A stretch of DNA of 44,819 bases from an uncultured Collinsella sp. (GCA_937926755.1 CALBBA010000012.1:1-44819); one strand, 5' to 3'. Counted from the first letter of the stretch, positions 30,031 to 40,209 are shown. Notes: generated by a model not told the origin, from the letters alone. Made by a program: numbers and translations.

Positions 30031-31221
30031 ATGGCCTTTACCAAGAAGACCGTCCGCGACATCGATGTCGACGGCAAGCGCGTTCTCGTCCGCGTTGACT
30101 TTAACGTGCCTATCAAGGATGGCGTCGTTGGCGATACCACCCGCATCAAGGCTGCCCTGCCCACCATCAACTACCTCGTTGAGCACAACGCTCGCGTCAT
30201 CCTCATGAGCCACCTCGGCCGTCCCGATGGCACCGGCTTCCAGCCCGAGCTGTCCCTCGAGCCCGTCGCCAAGAAGCTCGCTGAGCTCTCTGGTCTCGAT
30301 GTTGCCTTTGTCGCCGACACCTACGGCGAGAAGGCTGCTGAGGCTGTTGCCGCCGTCGAGCCGGGCAAGGTCCTCGTTCTCGAGAACGTCCGTTTTGACA
30401 AGCGTGAGAAGAAGAACGATCCCGAGATCGCCAAGAAGCTCGCTTCCTATGGTGACGTCTTCGTTCTCGATGCTTTCGGCACCGCTCACCGCGCCCAGGG
30501 TTCCGTCGTGGGCCCCGCCGCTTACCTGCCTGCCGTCGCCGGCTTCCTGCTCGAGAAGGAGGTCGACACGCTGACCGGCATCTTCGCCGAGCCCGAGCGC
30601 CCCTTCGTCGCTATCGTCGGCGGTTCCAAGGTTTCCTCCAAGATCGGCGTTCTCGATCACCTCATCGACTCCGCTGATACCCTGATCATCGGTGGCGGCA
30701 TGGCCTACACCTTCTTCCTGGCTCAGGGTCTGACCGTCGGTCAGTCCCTCAAGGAAGAGGACTGGGTCGAGCGCGCCGGCGAGATGCTCAAGAAGGCCGA
30801 GGAGAAGGGCGTCAAGATCCTGCTCCCCATCGACAACCGCGTTGCCGATCACTTTGGCGAGGACGCTGTCCCCGAGGTTGTCGCTTCCGACGCTATCCCC
30901 GACGATCGTGAGGGCATGGACATCGGCCCCAAGACCGAGGAGCTCTACGCCGAGGCTGTCAAGGGCGCCAAGACCGTGTTCTGGAACGGCCCCATGGGCG
31001 TCTTCGAGTTCGACAACTTCGCTCACGGCACCCAGGCTATCGCCGAGGCCGTCGCCGAGGCCGACTGCACCTCGATCATCGGCGGTGGCGACTCTGTCGC
31101 AGCTGTCAACAAGTTCAACCTGGCCGACAAGATGAGCTGGATCTCCACCGGTGGTGGCGCTTCCATGGAGCTCGTCGAGGGTAAGGCCCTGCCCGGAGTG
31201 GAGGCGCTTCTCGATGCCTAA
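30031..31221 (+). CDS. pgk: Phosphoglycerate kinase
   Basis: RVDFNVP, SHLGRP, LENVRF, DAFGTAHR, WNGPMG, STGGGAS. Confidence 0.98.
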   Translation: MAFTKKTVRDIDVDGKRVLVRVDFNVPIKDGVVGDTTRIKAALPTINYLVEHNARVILMSHLGRPDGTGFQPELSLEPVAKKLAELSGLDVAFVADTYGEKAAEAVAAVEPGKVLVLENVRFDKREKKNDPEIAKKLASYGDVFVLDAFGTAHRAQGSVVGPAAYLPAVAGFLLEKEVDTLTGIFAEPERPFVAIVGGSKVSSKIGVLDHLIDSADTLIIGGGMAYTFFLAQGLTVGQSLKEEDWVERAGEMLKKAEEKGVKILLPIDNRVADHFGEDAVPEVVASDAIPDDREGMDIGPKTEELYAEAVKGAKTVFWNGPMGVFEFDNFAHGTQAIAEAVAEADCTSIIGGGDSVAAVNKFNLADKMSWISTGGGASMELVEGKALPGVEALLDA

Positions 31222-31981
31222 TCGCACCCTTCTTATCGCTGGTAACTGGAAGATGAACAACGACGTCGCCGAGGCCGCCAAGCTCGCCGACGAGCTGGCT
31301 CAGGCTCTGCCCGAGGTTCCGGCTGGCGTCGAGGTGCTCGTCTGCCCTCCGACCATTGACATCACCACGGTTCATGACCGTATTCAGGCTGCCCCCATCG
31401 CCCTCGGTGCTCAGAACGTGTACTGGGAGGCCAAGGGTGCCTTCACCGGTGAGTCCTCTTGCGACATGCTCAAGTCCGCTGGCTGCACCTACTGCATCAT
31501 CGGTCACTCCGAGCGTCGCGACTACTTCCACGAGACCGACGAGGATCAGAACAAGAAGGCCAAGGCCCTCGTTGCCGCCGGTCTTGTTCCCGTCTTCTGC
31601 TGCGGCGAGTCCCTCGAGGTCCGCGAGGCTGGCACCTATGTCGAGCACGTCGTGAACCAGGTCAAGGCTGGCCTTGCTGGTCTTGAGATCACCTGCCCCA
31701 AGCAGGTCGTCGTCGCCTACGAGCCCATCTGGGCTATCGGCACCGGCAAGACCGCTACCGCCGAGGACGCTCAGGAGGTCTGCGGCGCTATCCGTGAGAC
31801 CCTCAAGGAGATGTTCGGCGAGGAGCTCGCCAACGGCATCCGCGTTCTCTACGGTGGTTCCGCCAAGCCCGGTAACATCGCCGAGCTCGTCGCCAAGCCC
31901 GACGTTGACGGCGCCCTCGTGGGCGGCGCTTCGCTCAAGGCTGCCGACTTCGCCTCTATGGTCGTCAAGGCAGGCGAGTAG
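31214..31981 (+). CDS. tpiA: Triosephosphate isomerase
   Basis: AGNWKM, GAFTGE, GHSERR, AYEPIWAIGTG, YGGS, LVGGAS. Overlaps pgk by 8 nt. Confidence 0.98.
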   Translation: MPNRTLLIAGNWKMNNDVAEAAKLADELAQALPEVPAGVEVLVCPPTIDITTVHDRIQAAPIALGAQNVYWEAKGAFTGESSCDMLKSAGCTYCIIGHSERRDYFHETDEDQNKKAKALVAAGLVPVFCCGESLEVREAGTYVEHVVNQVKAGLAGLEITCPKQVVVAYEPIWAIGTGKTATAEDAQEVCGAIRETLKEMFGEELANGIRVLYGGSAKPGNIAELVAKPDVDGALVGGASLKAADFASMVVKAGE

Positions 31982-31986
31982 GACAT

Positions 31987-33540
31987 ATGGCACAACGTCA
32001 TCTTCCTGCGCTCCTGATTATCATGGACGGCTGCGGCCTGGCTCCGGCTGATGGCGAGAACGCCGTCGCCGCTGCCAAGACGCCCTTCCTTGATGGCCTG
32101 TACGAGAAGTATCCTCACACCACGCTCGGTGCTTCGGGCGAGGACGTGGGCCTTCCCGACGGCCAGATGGGCAACTCCGAGGTGGGTCACCTCAACATCG
32201 GTGCCGGTCGCATCGTGTTCCAGGAGCTTTCGCGCATCAACAATGCCATCAAGGACGGCTCCATCGCCAAGAACGAGGTTTTCGTCAAGGCCATGGACGA
32301 TGTCAAGGCTGACGGCAAGACTCTCCACCTCATGGGCCTTATGAGCCCTGGCGGCGTTCACTCCCACATGAACCACGTCGAGGCTCTGGTCAAGATGGCT
32401 GCCGAGCATGGTGTCAAGACCGTTCGCGTCCACGCCTTCATGGATGGCCGCGACGTTGACCCGCAGTCCGGTGCCGGTTACATGAGTGAGTTCTGCGCCT
32501 TCCTGGCCAAGATTTCCGAGGAGACCGGTTGCGACGCTCGCGTTGCCACCGTCTCGGGCCGTTATTGGGCGATGGACCGCGACAACCGTTGGGAGCGCAT
32601 CCAGCGCGCCTACGACGTCATGGTCAACGCGTCCGATGCTGATACCGACCCCGTTGCCGGTATCAAGGCCTACTACGAGAAGGACCCGCGCGGCGACGAG
32701 TTCGTCGAGCCCTTCGCTGCCCACAACGAGGGCATCCACGAGGGCGACGCGGCTATTTTCTTCAACTTCCGTCCCGACCGCGCACGTCAGATGACCCGCG
32801 TGTTCACGGACAAGGAGTTCGACGGCTTTGAGCGCGAGCAGATCAAGCTCTCGCACTTTGTGACGATGACCGAGTACGATCCGACGTTTGACGTCGAGGT
32901 CGCCTTCCCCAAGACGTTCCCCGAGAACGTCCTGGCCGACGTTATCGCCGCCAATGGCCTGAAGCAGCTGCACACCGCCGAGACCGAGAAGTACGCCCAC
33001 GTGACGTTCTTCCTCAACGGTGGCATCGAGGAGCCCAAGGAGGGCGAGGAGCGTGTGCTCGTCGCTTCCCCCAAGGTCGCTACCTACGATTTGCAGCCCG
33101 AGATGAGCGCTCCCGAGGTTACCGAGAAGCTTGTCGCCGCCATCAACGATGATCGCGCTGATTTCTACATCGTGAACTTCGCGAACTGCGACATGGTTGG
33201 TCACACCGGTGTCTTCGACGCTGCCGTTAAGGCCGTTGAGGCTGTTGACGATGCCCTGTCCAAGGTTGTCCCGGCGATTCTCGCCAAGGGCGGCTTTGCA
33301 CTGATTACCGCCGATCACGGCAACGCCGATCACATGTTTGACGTTGCTTCCGACGGTTCCAAGCATCCGTTTACGGCGCACACCACCAACCGCGTGCCGT
33401 TCATCATCGTTGATGAGAAGGCCCAGCTCACCGGTATCGAGGACGGTCGTCTTTCCGATATCGCCCCGACTATGCTCACCATGGCTGGTCTGGAGCCTTC
33501 CGCCGAGATGACGGGCCGCGTGCTCGCCACCGAGGCCTAA
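31987..33540 (+). CDS. gpmI: 2,3-bisphosphoglycerate-independent phosphoglycerate mutase
   Basis: IMDGCG, GQMGNSEVGH, DGRD, GRYWAMDRD, ETEKYAHVTFF, DMVGHTG, TADHGNA. Confidence 0.98.
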   Translation: MAQRHLPALLIIMDGCGLAPADGENAVAAAKTPFLDGLYEKYPHTTLGASGEDVGLPDGQMGNSEVGHLNIGAGRIVFQELSRINNAIKDGSIAKNEVFVKAMDDVKADGKTLHLMGLMSPGGVHSHMNHVEALVKMAAEHGVKTVRVHAFMDGRDVDPQSGAGYMSEFCAFLAKISEETGCDARVATVSGRYWAMDRDNRWERIQRAYDVMVNASDADTDPVAGIKAYYEKDPRGDEFVEPFAAHNEGIHEGDAAIFFNFRPDRARQMTRVFTDKEFDGFEREQIKLSHFVTMTEYDPTFDVEVAFPKTFPENVLADVIAANGLKQLHTAETEKYAHVTFFLNGGIEEPKEGEERVLVASPKVATYDLQPEMSAPEVTEKLVAAINDDRADFYIVNFANCDMVGHTGVFDAAVKAVEAVDDALSKVVPAILAKGGFALITADHGNADHMFDVASDGSKHPFTAHTTNRVPFIIVDEKAQLTGIEDGRLSDIAPTMLTMAGLEPSAEMTGRVLATEA

Positions 33541-33565
33541 GAGAAAACAAATACCGTTTTCTAGC

Positions 33566-33600
33566 AAGGGGGTTGTCCACAATCGGACAATCCCCTTTTT
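33566..33600 (+). terminator. Intrinsic terminator after gpmI
   Basis: AAGGGGGTTGTCC-ACAATC-GGACAATCCCCTTTTT. Confidence 0.8.
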
Positions 33601-33704
33601 GGTATTTCTGCCATTTCCGCCCCGTCCCCGAGTGGCAGGTAGGGGAGAACGGGGGATTGTGGTACAGTACTGGAGTTTGAATTGTTCTATTAAGGAGCTT
33701 ATCT

Positions 33705-33959
33705 ATGGGTCCGTTCCAGATTCTTCTGTTTGTCGTTTGGGCTGTTTCTGCCGTGGCGCTGACGATTCTCGTCCTGATGCATTCCGGTAAGGGTACCGGC
33801 GTTTCGGATATGATTGCCAGCTCGCTGTATAACTCCAGCTCAGCCACAGGCGTTATGGAGCAGAACCTTGACCGCCTGACCGTTATCATGGCTGTCGTGT
33901 TTGCCGTGTGCGTCGTGCTGTGCATGTTCTTCTTCCCGCAGGGCATCGTGGGCTACTAA
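33705..33959 (+). CDS. secG: Preprotein translocase subunit SecG
   Basis: Two hydrophobic helices, LMHSGKGTG, EQNLDRLT. TAAGGAG RBS and an extended -10 TGGTACAGT upstream. Confidence 0.93.
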   Translation: MGPFQILLFVVWAVSAVALTILVLMHSGKGTGVSDMIASSLYNSSSATGVMEQNLDRLTVIMAVVFAVCVVLCMFFFPQGIVGY

Positions 33960-33984
33960 GCATCGGCGTATATACGTTTGCAAT

Positions 33985-34011
33985 GGGTCTCGCATGTGCG
34001 GGACCCTTTTT
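33985..34011 (+). terminator. Intrinsic terminator after secG
   Basis: GGGTCTCGC-ATGT-GCGGGACCC followed by TTTTT. Confidence 0.8.
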
Positions 34012-34249
34012 GTTTACATATTTGTAACAGAGTCAAAATATCCCCACATACTTCGCCCAACTAAAGAAATTCTCGACCGTTAACCGGAATTAGCCCCAAA
34101 TCGTGCATAAAATGCGCTACTGTATTGCGAAACGTTGGCCCGCATTGCATAACCAGCCATAACAGCGGACCGCGTTTGAATGGTTCGATTGGGCTGTCTT
34201 GACGTTGCCCGACCGAACTTACTTTGTCCTATCTCATAAGGAGGATTGC

Positions 34250-35926
34250 ATGGCTGATTCTATGTTCCACCAGCTCGTTATGGGTCGTCGCGCCTTTGTC
34301 GGCGGTACCCTTGCTGCGAGCTCCATGGCTTTTCTTGCCGCATGCGGCAAGAAGGGCGGCGACGCTTCCGGTTCTGAGTCCGGTTCGACGCTGAACTTCT
34401 ACATCAACAACCCGGTCTGCATCGACCCCTATAACGTCCAGGAGGACCAGGGCACTCAGGTCGAGTACCAGCTCTTTGATGCTCTGACCTCTTATGACGC
34501 CGAGAAGGGCGAGATCGTTCCGCTGGCTTGCGAGTCCTTTGAGGCCAACGACGACGCCACCGAGTTCACCTTCAAGATCAAGAAGGCCAAGTTCCACAAC
34601 GGTGACGACGTTACCTCCAAGTCCTTCAAGCTCGGTTGGGAGCGTCTGGTCAACACCAAGTCGGCCATCGCTACCGAGTACGGCCCTTCCGAGGTCTCCT
34701 ATCACCTTTCTATGGTCGAGGGCTATGACGACCTGCTTGCCGGTAACGCTACCGAGCTCAGCGGTGTTACTTGCCCCGACGATGAGACCCTCGTCGTCAA
34801 GCTGTCTTCCGCTTACGCCGACTTCCCCTTCGTCGCCTCTCACCCGGCTCTGGCCCCGGTTCCCGAGTGCGCCGAGTCCGATGTCAAGAGCTTCTATCTT
34901 GCACCGGTCGGTAACGGCCCGTTCATGATGGACGGCAAGTGGGAGGATGGTCAGGAGATCAACCTCAAGAAGTTCGACGATTACTATGGCGACAAGGCCA
35001 AGATCGATGGCATCCACTTCCAGGTCATCAAGGACATGGAGACTGCTTACAAGGAGTTCCAGGCCGGTAACCTCGATGTCTGCGACGTTCCCGTTGCTCA
35101 GATCGATGCCGCCAAGAAGGATCGCGGCGTGTCCAAGGACGGCTACACCATGGGTGACGGCGAGCGCATGCTGCTCGGCGCCGAGCCTTCCACGTACTAT
35201 CTGACCTGCAACACCACGGCCGAGCCGTTCAACAACGCTGACCTGCGCAGGGGCATCTCCTTGGCTATCAACCGTGAGGCCATCTGCAAGACCATCTTCA
35301 AGGGTACCCGTACCCCTGCCGACGGCATTGTTCCTCCGGGCATCGATGGCTACAAGGAGGGCGCATGGGAGTTCTGCGCCTACGATGTCGACAAGGCTAA
35401 CGAGTACCTCGACAAGGTTGCTCCCGCTGGCGCTAACGGGGATCGTGGCATTAGCGTGACCCTTTCCTACAACCAGGACGGCGGTCACAAGGAGATCATG
35501 GAGTCCATCATCGGTGACCTCGCCAAGGTTGGCGTTACCGCTGTCTCCGATACCCCTGAGTGGTCTGCCTTGCTCGAGCAGTACCAGAACTTTAACTATC
35601 AGTTCGGTCGTCTGGGTTGGATTGCCGACTACCCGATTATGGACAACTTCCTGTATCCGCTGTTCCACTCTGATTCCCTCGGTGGCGACAACCGCTCCGG
35701 TTACAACAACCCCGAGTTCGACGCCAAGGTCGATGAGGCCCGTACCACGGTTGACGACGAAGAGCGCGTCGCTAAGATGCAGGAGGCCGATGCAATGGTC
35801 GCTGCCGACTGCCCGGTCATCCCGGTGATGTTCTACACGCACACCATCGCCGGCTCCGATCGCATCAAGCACCTCTATGTCGATCCGCAGAAGCACGCCG
35901 ATCTGGGTACCGCTGAGCTCGCCTAA
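34250..35926 (+). CDS. oppA: Oligopeptide/dipeptide ABC transporter substrate-binding lipoprotein
   Basis: GRRAFVG twin-arginine-like signal, lipobox LAAC, AKFHNGDDVT, PVGNGPF, RLGWIADYP. AAGGAGG RBS. Confidence 0.88.
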   Translation: MADSMFHQLVMGRRAFVGGTLAASSMAFLAACGKKGGDASGSESGSTLNFYINNPVCIDPYNVQEDQGTQVEYQLFDALTSYDAEKGEIVPLACESFEANDDATEFTFKIKKAKFHNGDDVTSKSFKLGWERLVNTKSAIATEYGPSEVSYHLSMVEGYDDLLAGNATELSGVTCPDDETLVVKLSSAYADFPFVASHPALAPVPECAESDVKSFYLAPVGNGPFMMDGKWEDGQEINLKKFDDYYGDKAKIDGIHFQVIKDMETAYKEFQAGNLDVCDVPVAQIDAAKKDRGVSKDGYTMGDGERMLLGAEPSTYYLTCNTTAEPFNNADLRRGISLAINREAICKTIFKGTRTPADGIVPPGIDGYKEGAWEFCAYDVDKANEYLDKVAPAGANGDRGISVTLSYNQDGGHKEIMESIIGDLAKVGVTAVSDTPEWSALLEQYQNFNYQFGRLGWIADYPIMDNFLYPLFHSDSLGGDNRSGYNNPEFDAKVDEARTTVDDEERVAKMQEADAMVAADCPVIPVMFYTHTIAGSDRIKHLYVDPQKHADLGTAELA

Positions 35927-36082
35927 GAGTTTGCAGCTTCCGTGAGGGTCAAGTATTTACGTAGACCTCATGGGAAACATACAGTTCTCCCTAACCTAGG
36001 GTAGACTGGCTTGTGGTAATTTTGGGATGCCGGTCTGGCGATCGGCATCCCATTTAGGTTAATCCCTAGATAGGGGAGTGGT

Positions 36083-37120
36083 ATGGGTAAGTACATCGTT
36101 AAACGTGTGCTTCAGTTCATCCCGGTATTTTTGGGCGTTACGCTGATTCTGTTCGCCCTCCAGAATATCGTGCCGGGAGATCCGATCAAGCTGATCGGTG
36201 GAGACAAGGCTCTGTCCCCCGAGGTGGAGCTTCAGCTTCGCGTTCGCTATCACCTGGTCCAGTCGGACGAGGACGGCAACGCGATCCTTAACGAGAACGG
36301 CGATCCCGTTCAAACGTCGCTCGTGGACCGTTACTTGTATTACATGAACGGCCTGCTTCATGGCGATCTGGGCAATTCGTATCAGCGCAAGCTGCCGGTT
36401 ACGGAAATCTTCGCCCAGAAGTATCCGTATACGATCAAACTTGCCGCGTGCGCCATCGTACTTGAGGCAATCATGGGTATCGGTGCGGGTATCATTTCGG
36501 CGGTAAAGCGTTATTCCTTCTGGGATATTTTGGTAACGCTCACTACGTCGATCCTCGTTGCCGTCCCGGCCTTCTGGCTCGGTATGTTGCTGCAGCTGTT
36601 CTTTGGCGTCGTTCTCAAGGACGCCACGGGCGGTGCATTCTCCATGCCGATCTCGGGTGCCGGCGGTGCCAGCTCTCAGTATCAGGATTGGATGCACTAT
36701 GTGCTTCCGACCATTACGCTGGCTTCGGTTTCGACCGCCTATGCCGCCCGCATTATGCGCTCGCAGCTGCTCGACGTCATGAACCAGGATTACATCCGTA
36801 CGGCAAAGGCCAAGGGACTCTCCAATCGCGCGATCATCATCAAGCATGCGCTTAAGAATGCACTCATCCCGGTCGTTACCTATATTGGTGTCGACTTTGG
36901 CGCCATGCTTTCGGGCGCCATCCTGACCGAGACGGTCTTTAACTGGCCCGGCATCGGTTTTGAGGTCTACCGCGCCATCAGCATGCGCGACTGGCCCGTC
37001 GTGATGGGCGGCGTTACGCTCATCGTCGTCGTCGTTATGGTGATTAACCTGCTCGTCGACATCAGCTATGCATTCCTCGACCCGCGCATCCGCCTTGGCG
37101 GTCCGTCGGATAAGGCCTAA
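36083..37120 (+). CDS. oppB: Peptide ABC transporter permease (OppB/DppB)
   Basis: PGDP, HGDLGNS, PAFWLG, DYIRTAKAKGL, ETVFNWPGIG, LDPRIR. Confidence 0.9.
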   Translation: MGKYIVKRVLQFIPVFLGVTLILFALQNIVPGDPIKLIGGDKALSPEVELQLRVRYHLVQSDEDGNAILNENGDPVQTSLVDRYLYYMNGLLHGDLGNSYQRKLPVTEIFAQKYPYTIKLAACAIVLEAIMGIGAGIISAVKRYSFWDILVTLTTSILVAVPAFWLGMLLQLFFGVVLKDATGGAFSMPISGAGGASSQYQDWMHYVLPTITLASVSTAYAARIMRSQLLDVMNQDYIRTAKAKGLSNRAIIIKHALKNALIPVVTYIGVDFGAMLSGAILTETVFNWPGIGFEVYRAISMRDWPVVMGGVTLIVVVVMVINLLVDISYAFLDPRIRLGGPSDKA

Positions 37121-37134
37121 GGGAGGTACGTCTC

Positions 37135-38070
37135 ATGCAGGAAACTGATTCTCAGTCTCAGGAGCAGGCTACCGCCACCGAGGCCGCGTCTGCTCCCGCT
37201 AAGTCCCGCACGCTGTGGGGTGACGCTTTCAAGCGTCTTCGTAAGAACAAGCTCGCCGTCATCGGCGTCTGCTGGATCGTCATCGTCGTTCTCATTGCGC
37301 TGACTGCCGATCTGTGGGCCCAGCCTTGGCTCGGTTCTCCGACTGCCTCCGACTCGACCACCATGGCAAAGACCGCGCTTATGGCTCCGTGTGCCGAGCA
37401 TCCGTTTGGCACCGACGCTCTTGGTCGCGACATTTTGGTCCGTGTTATCTACGGTGCCCGCGTCTCGCTTTCCGTCGGTATCATGGCGACTGCCATCTCG
37501 ACGGTCATCGGTCTAATCATGGGCGCCCTCGCTGGTTTCTACGGCGGCGTCTGGGATACGATCATCATGCGCTGTGCGGACATCTTCCTGGCGTTCCCGT
37601 ACGTGCTGTTCGTCGTCGCCATGATCGCCGTCATCGGCCGTGGCCTTCAGAACGTCTTTATCGCCATCGGTATTCTCGGGTGGCCTTCGATTGCGCGTGT
37701 CTTCCGCTCTGCAATTTTGACGGTCAAGGAAAACGACTATGTTGACGCTGCGCGCGCGATGGGCGCATCGGACGCCCGTATCGTCATGCGTCACATCTTC
37801 CCGAACTCCGTTGCCTCCATCGTGGTCTACGCGACCATGAACATCGGTGGTGCCATTCTGACCGAGTCCGCTCTGTCCTACCTTGGAATGGGCGTTATTC
37901 CGCCTACGCCTTCTTGGGGCTCGATGATTCAGGACGGTCAGCAATATCTGATGACCGCCCCCTGGATGATGATCATGCCCGGTCTGGCAATTCTTACGAC
38001 GGTGCTCGCCTTCACCCTGCTGGGTGACGGTCTGCGCGACGCCCTCGACGTCAAGATGAAGGACGCATAA
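37135..38070 (+). CDS. oppC: Peptide ABC transporter permease (OppC/DppC)
   Basis: HPFGTDALGRD, YGARVSL, YVDAARAMGA, PSWGSMI, GDGLRDALD. Confidence 0.9.
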   Translation: MQETDSQSQEQATATEAASAPAKSRTLWGDAFKRLRKNKLAVIGVCWIVIVVLIALTADLWAQPWLGSPTASDSTTMAKTALMAPCAEHPFGTDALGRDILVRVIYGARVSLSVGIMATAISTVIGLIMGALAGFYGGVWDTIIMRCADIFLAFPYVLFVVAMIAVIGRGLQNVFIAIGILGWPSIARVFRSAILTVKENDYVDAARAMGASDARIVMRHIFPNSVASIVVYATMNIGGAILTESALSYLGMGVIPPTPSWGSMIQDGQQYLMTAPWMMIMPGLAILTTVLAFTLLGDGLRDALDVKMKDA

Positions 38071-38072
38071 GG

Positions 38073-39164
38073 ATGAAGAAGAACAAGAACTATGTGGACC
38101 TGAAGGACCAGCCGGTTCCCGAGGGCCAGCATCTGCTCGAGGTCGATGACCTTAAGATGTATTTCCACACCGAGGATGGCGTCGTTCGCGCTGTCGACGG
38201 TGTTTCCTACACGCTCGATCGCGGCGAGACCCTGGGCGTCGTCGGTGAGTCCGGCTCCGGTAAGTCCGTGACCGCTATGACCATCATGGGCCTTATCTCG
38301 ATGCCTCCGGGAAAGATCGAGGGCGGTGACGTTCGCTATCGCGGTCGCTCCATCCTCGAGATGACCGAGGAAGAGATGCAGCACATTCGCGGCAACGATA
38401 TCGCGATGATCTTCCAAGATCCCATGACATCCTTGAACCCGGTCTATAAGATCGGCAAGCAGGTGGGCGAGGGCCTTCGTCTGCACCGTGGCTACTCCAA
38501 GCAGGAGGCACTCAAGCGCGCCACCGAGCTTTTGGACCTTGTTGGCATTCCCGAGCCCGAGAAGCGCGTGAATGAGTATCCGCACCAGTTCTCTGGTGGC
38601 ATGCGTCAGCGCGTCATGATTGCCATGGCCCTTGCCTGCGACCCCGATATTCTGATTGCCGACGAACCCACGACTGCCCTGGACGTTACCATTCAGGCTC
38701 AGATTATTGAGCTTATGCAGGAAATGCAGAAGAAGAACGGCAACGCCATCATCATGATTACCCATGACCTGGGCGTTGTCGCCGATATGGCCGACAAAAT
38801 CATGGTTATGTACGCCGGCCGTCCCGTCGAGTTCGGTACTGCTGAGGAAATCTTCTACGAGAGCCGCCATCCCTACACCTGGGGCCTTATCCGCTCCATC
38901 CCGGAGCAGGCTATCGATGAGAAGAAGCCGCTGACGCCGATTCACGGCAACCCGCCTTCGCTCATGAACCTGCCCGAGGGTTGTGTGTTCTCGCCTCGTT
39001 GTCCCTATGCGACCGATAAGTGCCGCAAGCAGCGCCCCGAGCGTGTTGTCATCGAGTCCGGTCACTATTCTGCGTGCCACTACGCCGGCGACCCCGAGTT
39101 CCTCAAGAACGCTCCTGAGACGTCCCGTACGCGCAAGGATTTCAAGAAGGGAGGCGAGGCGTAA
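38073..39164 (+). CDS. oppD: Peptide ABC transporter ATPase (OppD/DppD)
   Basis: GESGSGKS, FQDPMTSLNP, YPHQFSGGMRQR, HPYT and the C-terminal GCxFxPRC Cys motif. Confidence 0.92.
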   Translation: MKKNKNYVDLKDQPVPEGQHLLEVDDLKMYFHTEDGVVRAVDGVSYTLDRGETLGVVGESGSGKSVTAMTIMGLISMPPGKIEGGDVRYRGRSILEMTEEEMQHIRGNDIAMIFQDPMTSLNPVYKIGKQVGEGLRLHRGYSKQEALKRATELLDLVGIPEPEKRVNEYPHQFSGGMRQRVMIAMALACDPDILIADEPTTALDVTIQAQIIELMQEMQKKNGNAIIMITHDLGVVADMADKIMVMYAGRPVEFGTAEEIFYESRHPYTWGLIRSIPEQAIDEKKPLTPIHGNPPSLMNLPEGCVFSPRCPYATDKCRKQRPERVVIESGHYSACHYAGDPEFLKNAPETSRTRKDFKKGGEA

Positions 39165-40193
39165 ATGGCAGACAAAAACACGCGCACTCCGCTGCTGAAG
39201 GTCGAGCACCTCTCTAAGGAGTTCCCTGCAGAGTCCGGCATGTTCGCCAAGCGTTTTTCCAAGCGCGTCGTCTCTGCTGTAAATGACATCTCTTTTGAGA
39301 TTTATCCTGGCGAGACCTTTGGTCTGGTTGGCGAGTCTGGTTGCGGTAAATCCACGACGGGCCGCACTATTATGCGCTTGACCAAGCCGACCGCTGGTAA
39401 GGTGTTTTTCCAGGGCAAAGATGTTGCCGAGATGAGCAAGCATGAGATCAAGGACATGCGTCGTGAGATGCAGTTTATCTTCCAGGATCCTTATGCTTCG
39501 CTCAACCCTCGTATGACGATTGGTGAGATCGTCTCCGAGCCCATGACCATTCACGGCGTGGGAACCAAGGAGGAGCGCATTGAGCGTGTCCGCGAGCTTC
39601 TCGACGTTGTCGGACTGAACCCCGAGCACATCAACCGCTATCCTCATGAGTTCTCCGGCGGTCAGCGTCAGCGTGTCGGCATTGCCCGCGCATTTGCGCT
39701 GAAGCCCAAGCTGATTATCTGCGACGAGCCGGTTTCCGCTCTGGATGTATCCATTCAGGCCCAGGTTTTGAACCTGCTCAAGGAGCTGCAGGACAAGTTT
39801 GGCACGGCGTATCTGTTTATCGCCCACGACCTGTCCGTCGTGCAGCACATCTCCGATCGCGTTGCCGTTATGTATCTGGGTAAGATGGTCGAGGTCTCGG
39901 ACTGGAAGACGCTCTACAGCGAGCCTCACCATCCGTACACGCAGTCGCTGCTGTCTGCCGTGCCGGTTCCCGATCCCGATATCCAGAAGACCCGCAAGCG
40001 TATCATTCTCGCTGGCGATCCGCCCTCGCCGCTTGATCCGCCGACCGGCTGCCGTTTTCACACGCGCTGCCCGATCGCGCAGGGTATCTGCTCCGAGAAG
40101 CTTCCCGAGTTTAAGGAAGTTGCCCCGGGCCACTGCTGCGCGTGCCACTTCGCGGAGCCGTTCCCGATCAAGGAATCGCACATCGACCTGTAG
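39165..40193 (+). CDS. oppF: Peptide ABC transporter ATPase (OppF/DppF)
   Basis: GESGCGKST, FQDPYASLNPR, YPHEFSGGQRQR, DEPVSALD, GCRFHTRCP. Confidence 0.92.
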   Translation: MADKNTRTPLLKVEHLSKEFPAESGMFAKRFSKRVVSAVNDISFEIYPGETFGLVGESGCGKSTTGRTIMRLTKPTAGKVFFQGKDVAEMSKHEIKDMRREMQFIFQDPYASLNPRMTIGEIVSEPMTIHGVGTKEERIERVRELLDVVGLNPEHINRYPHEFSGGQRQRVGIARAFALKPKLIICDEPVSALDVSIQAQVLNLLKELQDKFGTAYLFIAHDLSVVQHISDRVAVMYLGKMVEVSDWKTLYSEPHHPYTQSLLSAVPVPDPDIQKTRKRIILAGDPPSPLDPPTGCRFHTRCPIAQGICSEKLPEFKEVAPGHCCACHFAEPFPIKESHIDL

Positions 40194-40209
40194 TCGGTTG
40201 TTCTCGTCC

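Noticed and set aside
31151..31221. pgk/tpiA overlap as a programmed frameshift fusion of the Thermotoga type
   Set aside because: tpiA has its own GGAGG RBS and ATG at 31214 and no slippery run is visible. Ordinary translational coupling explains it.
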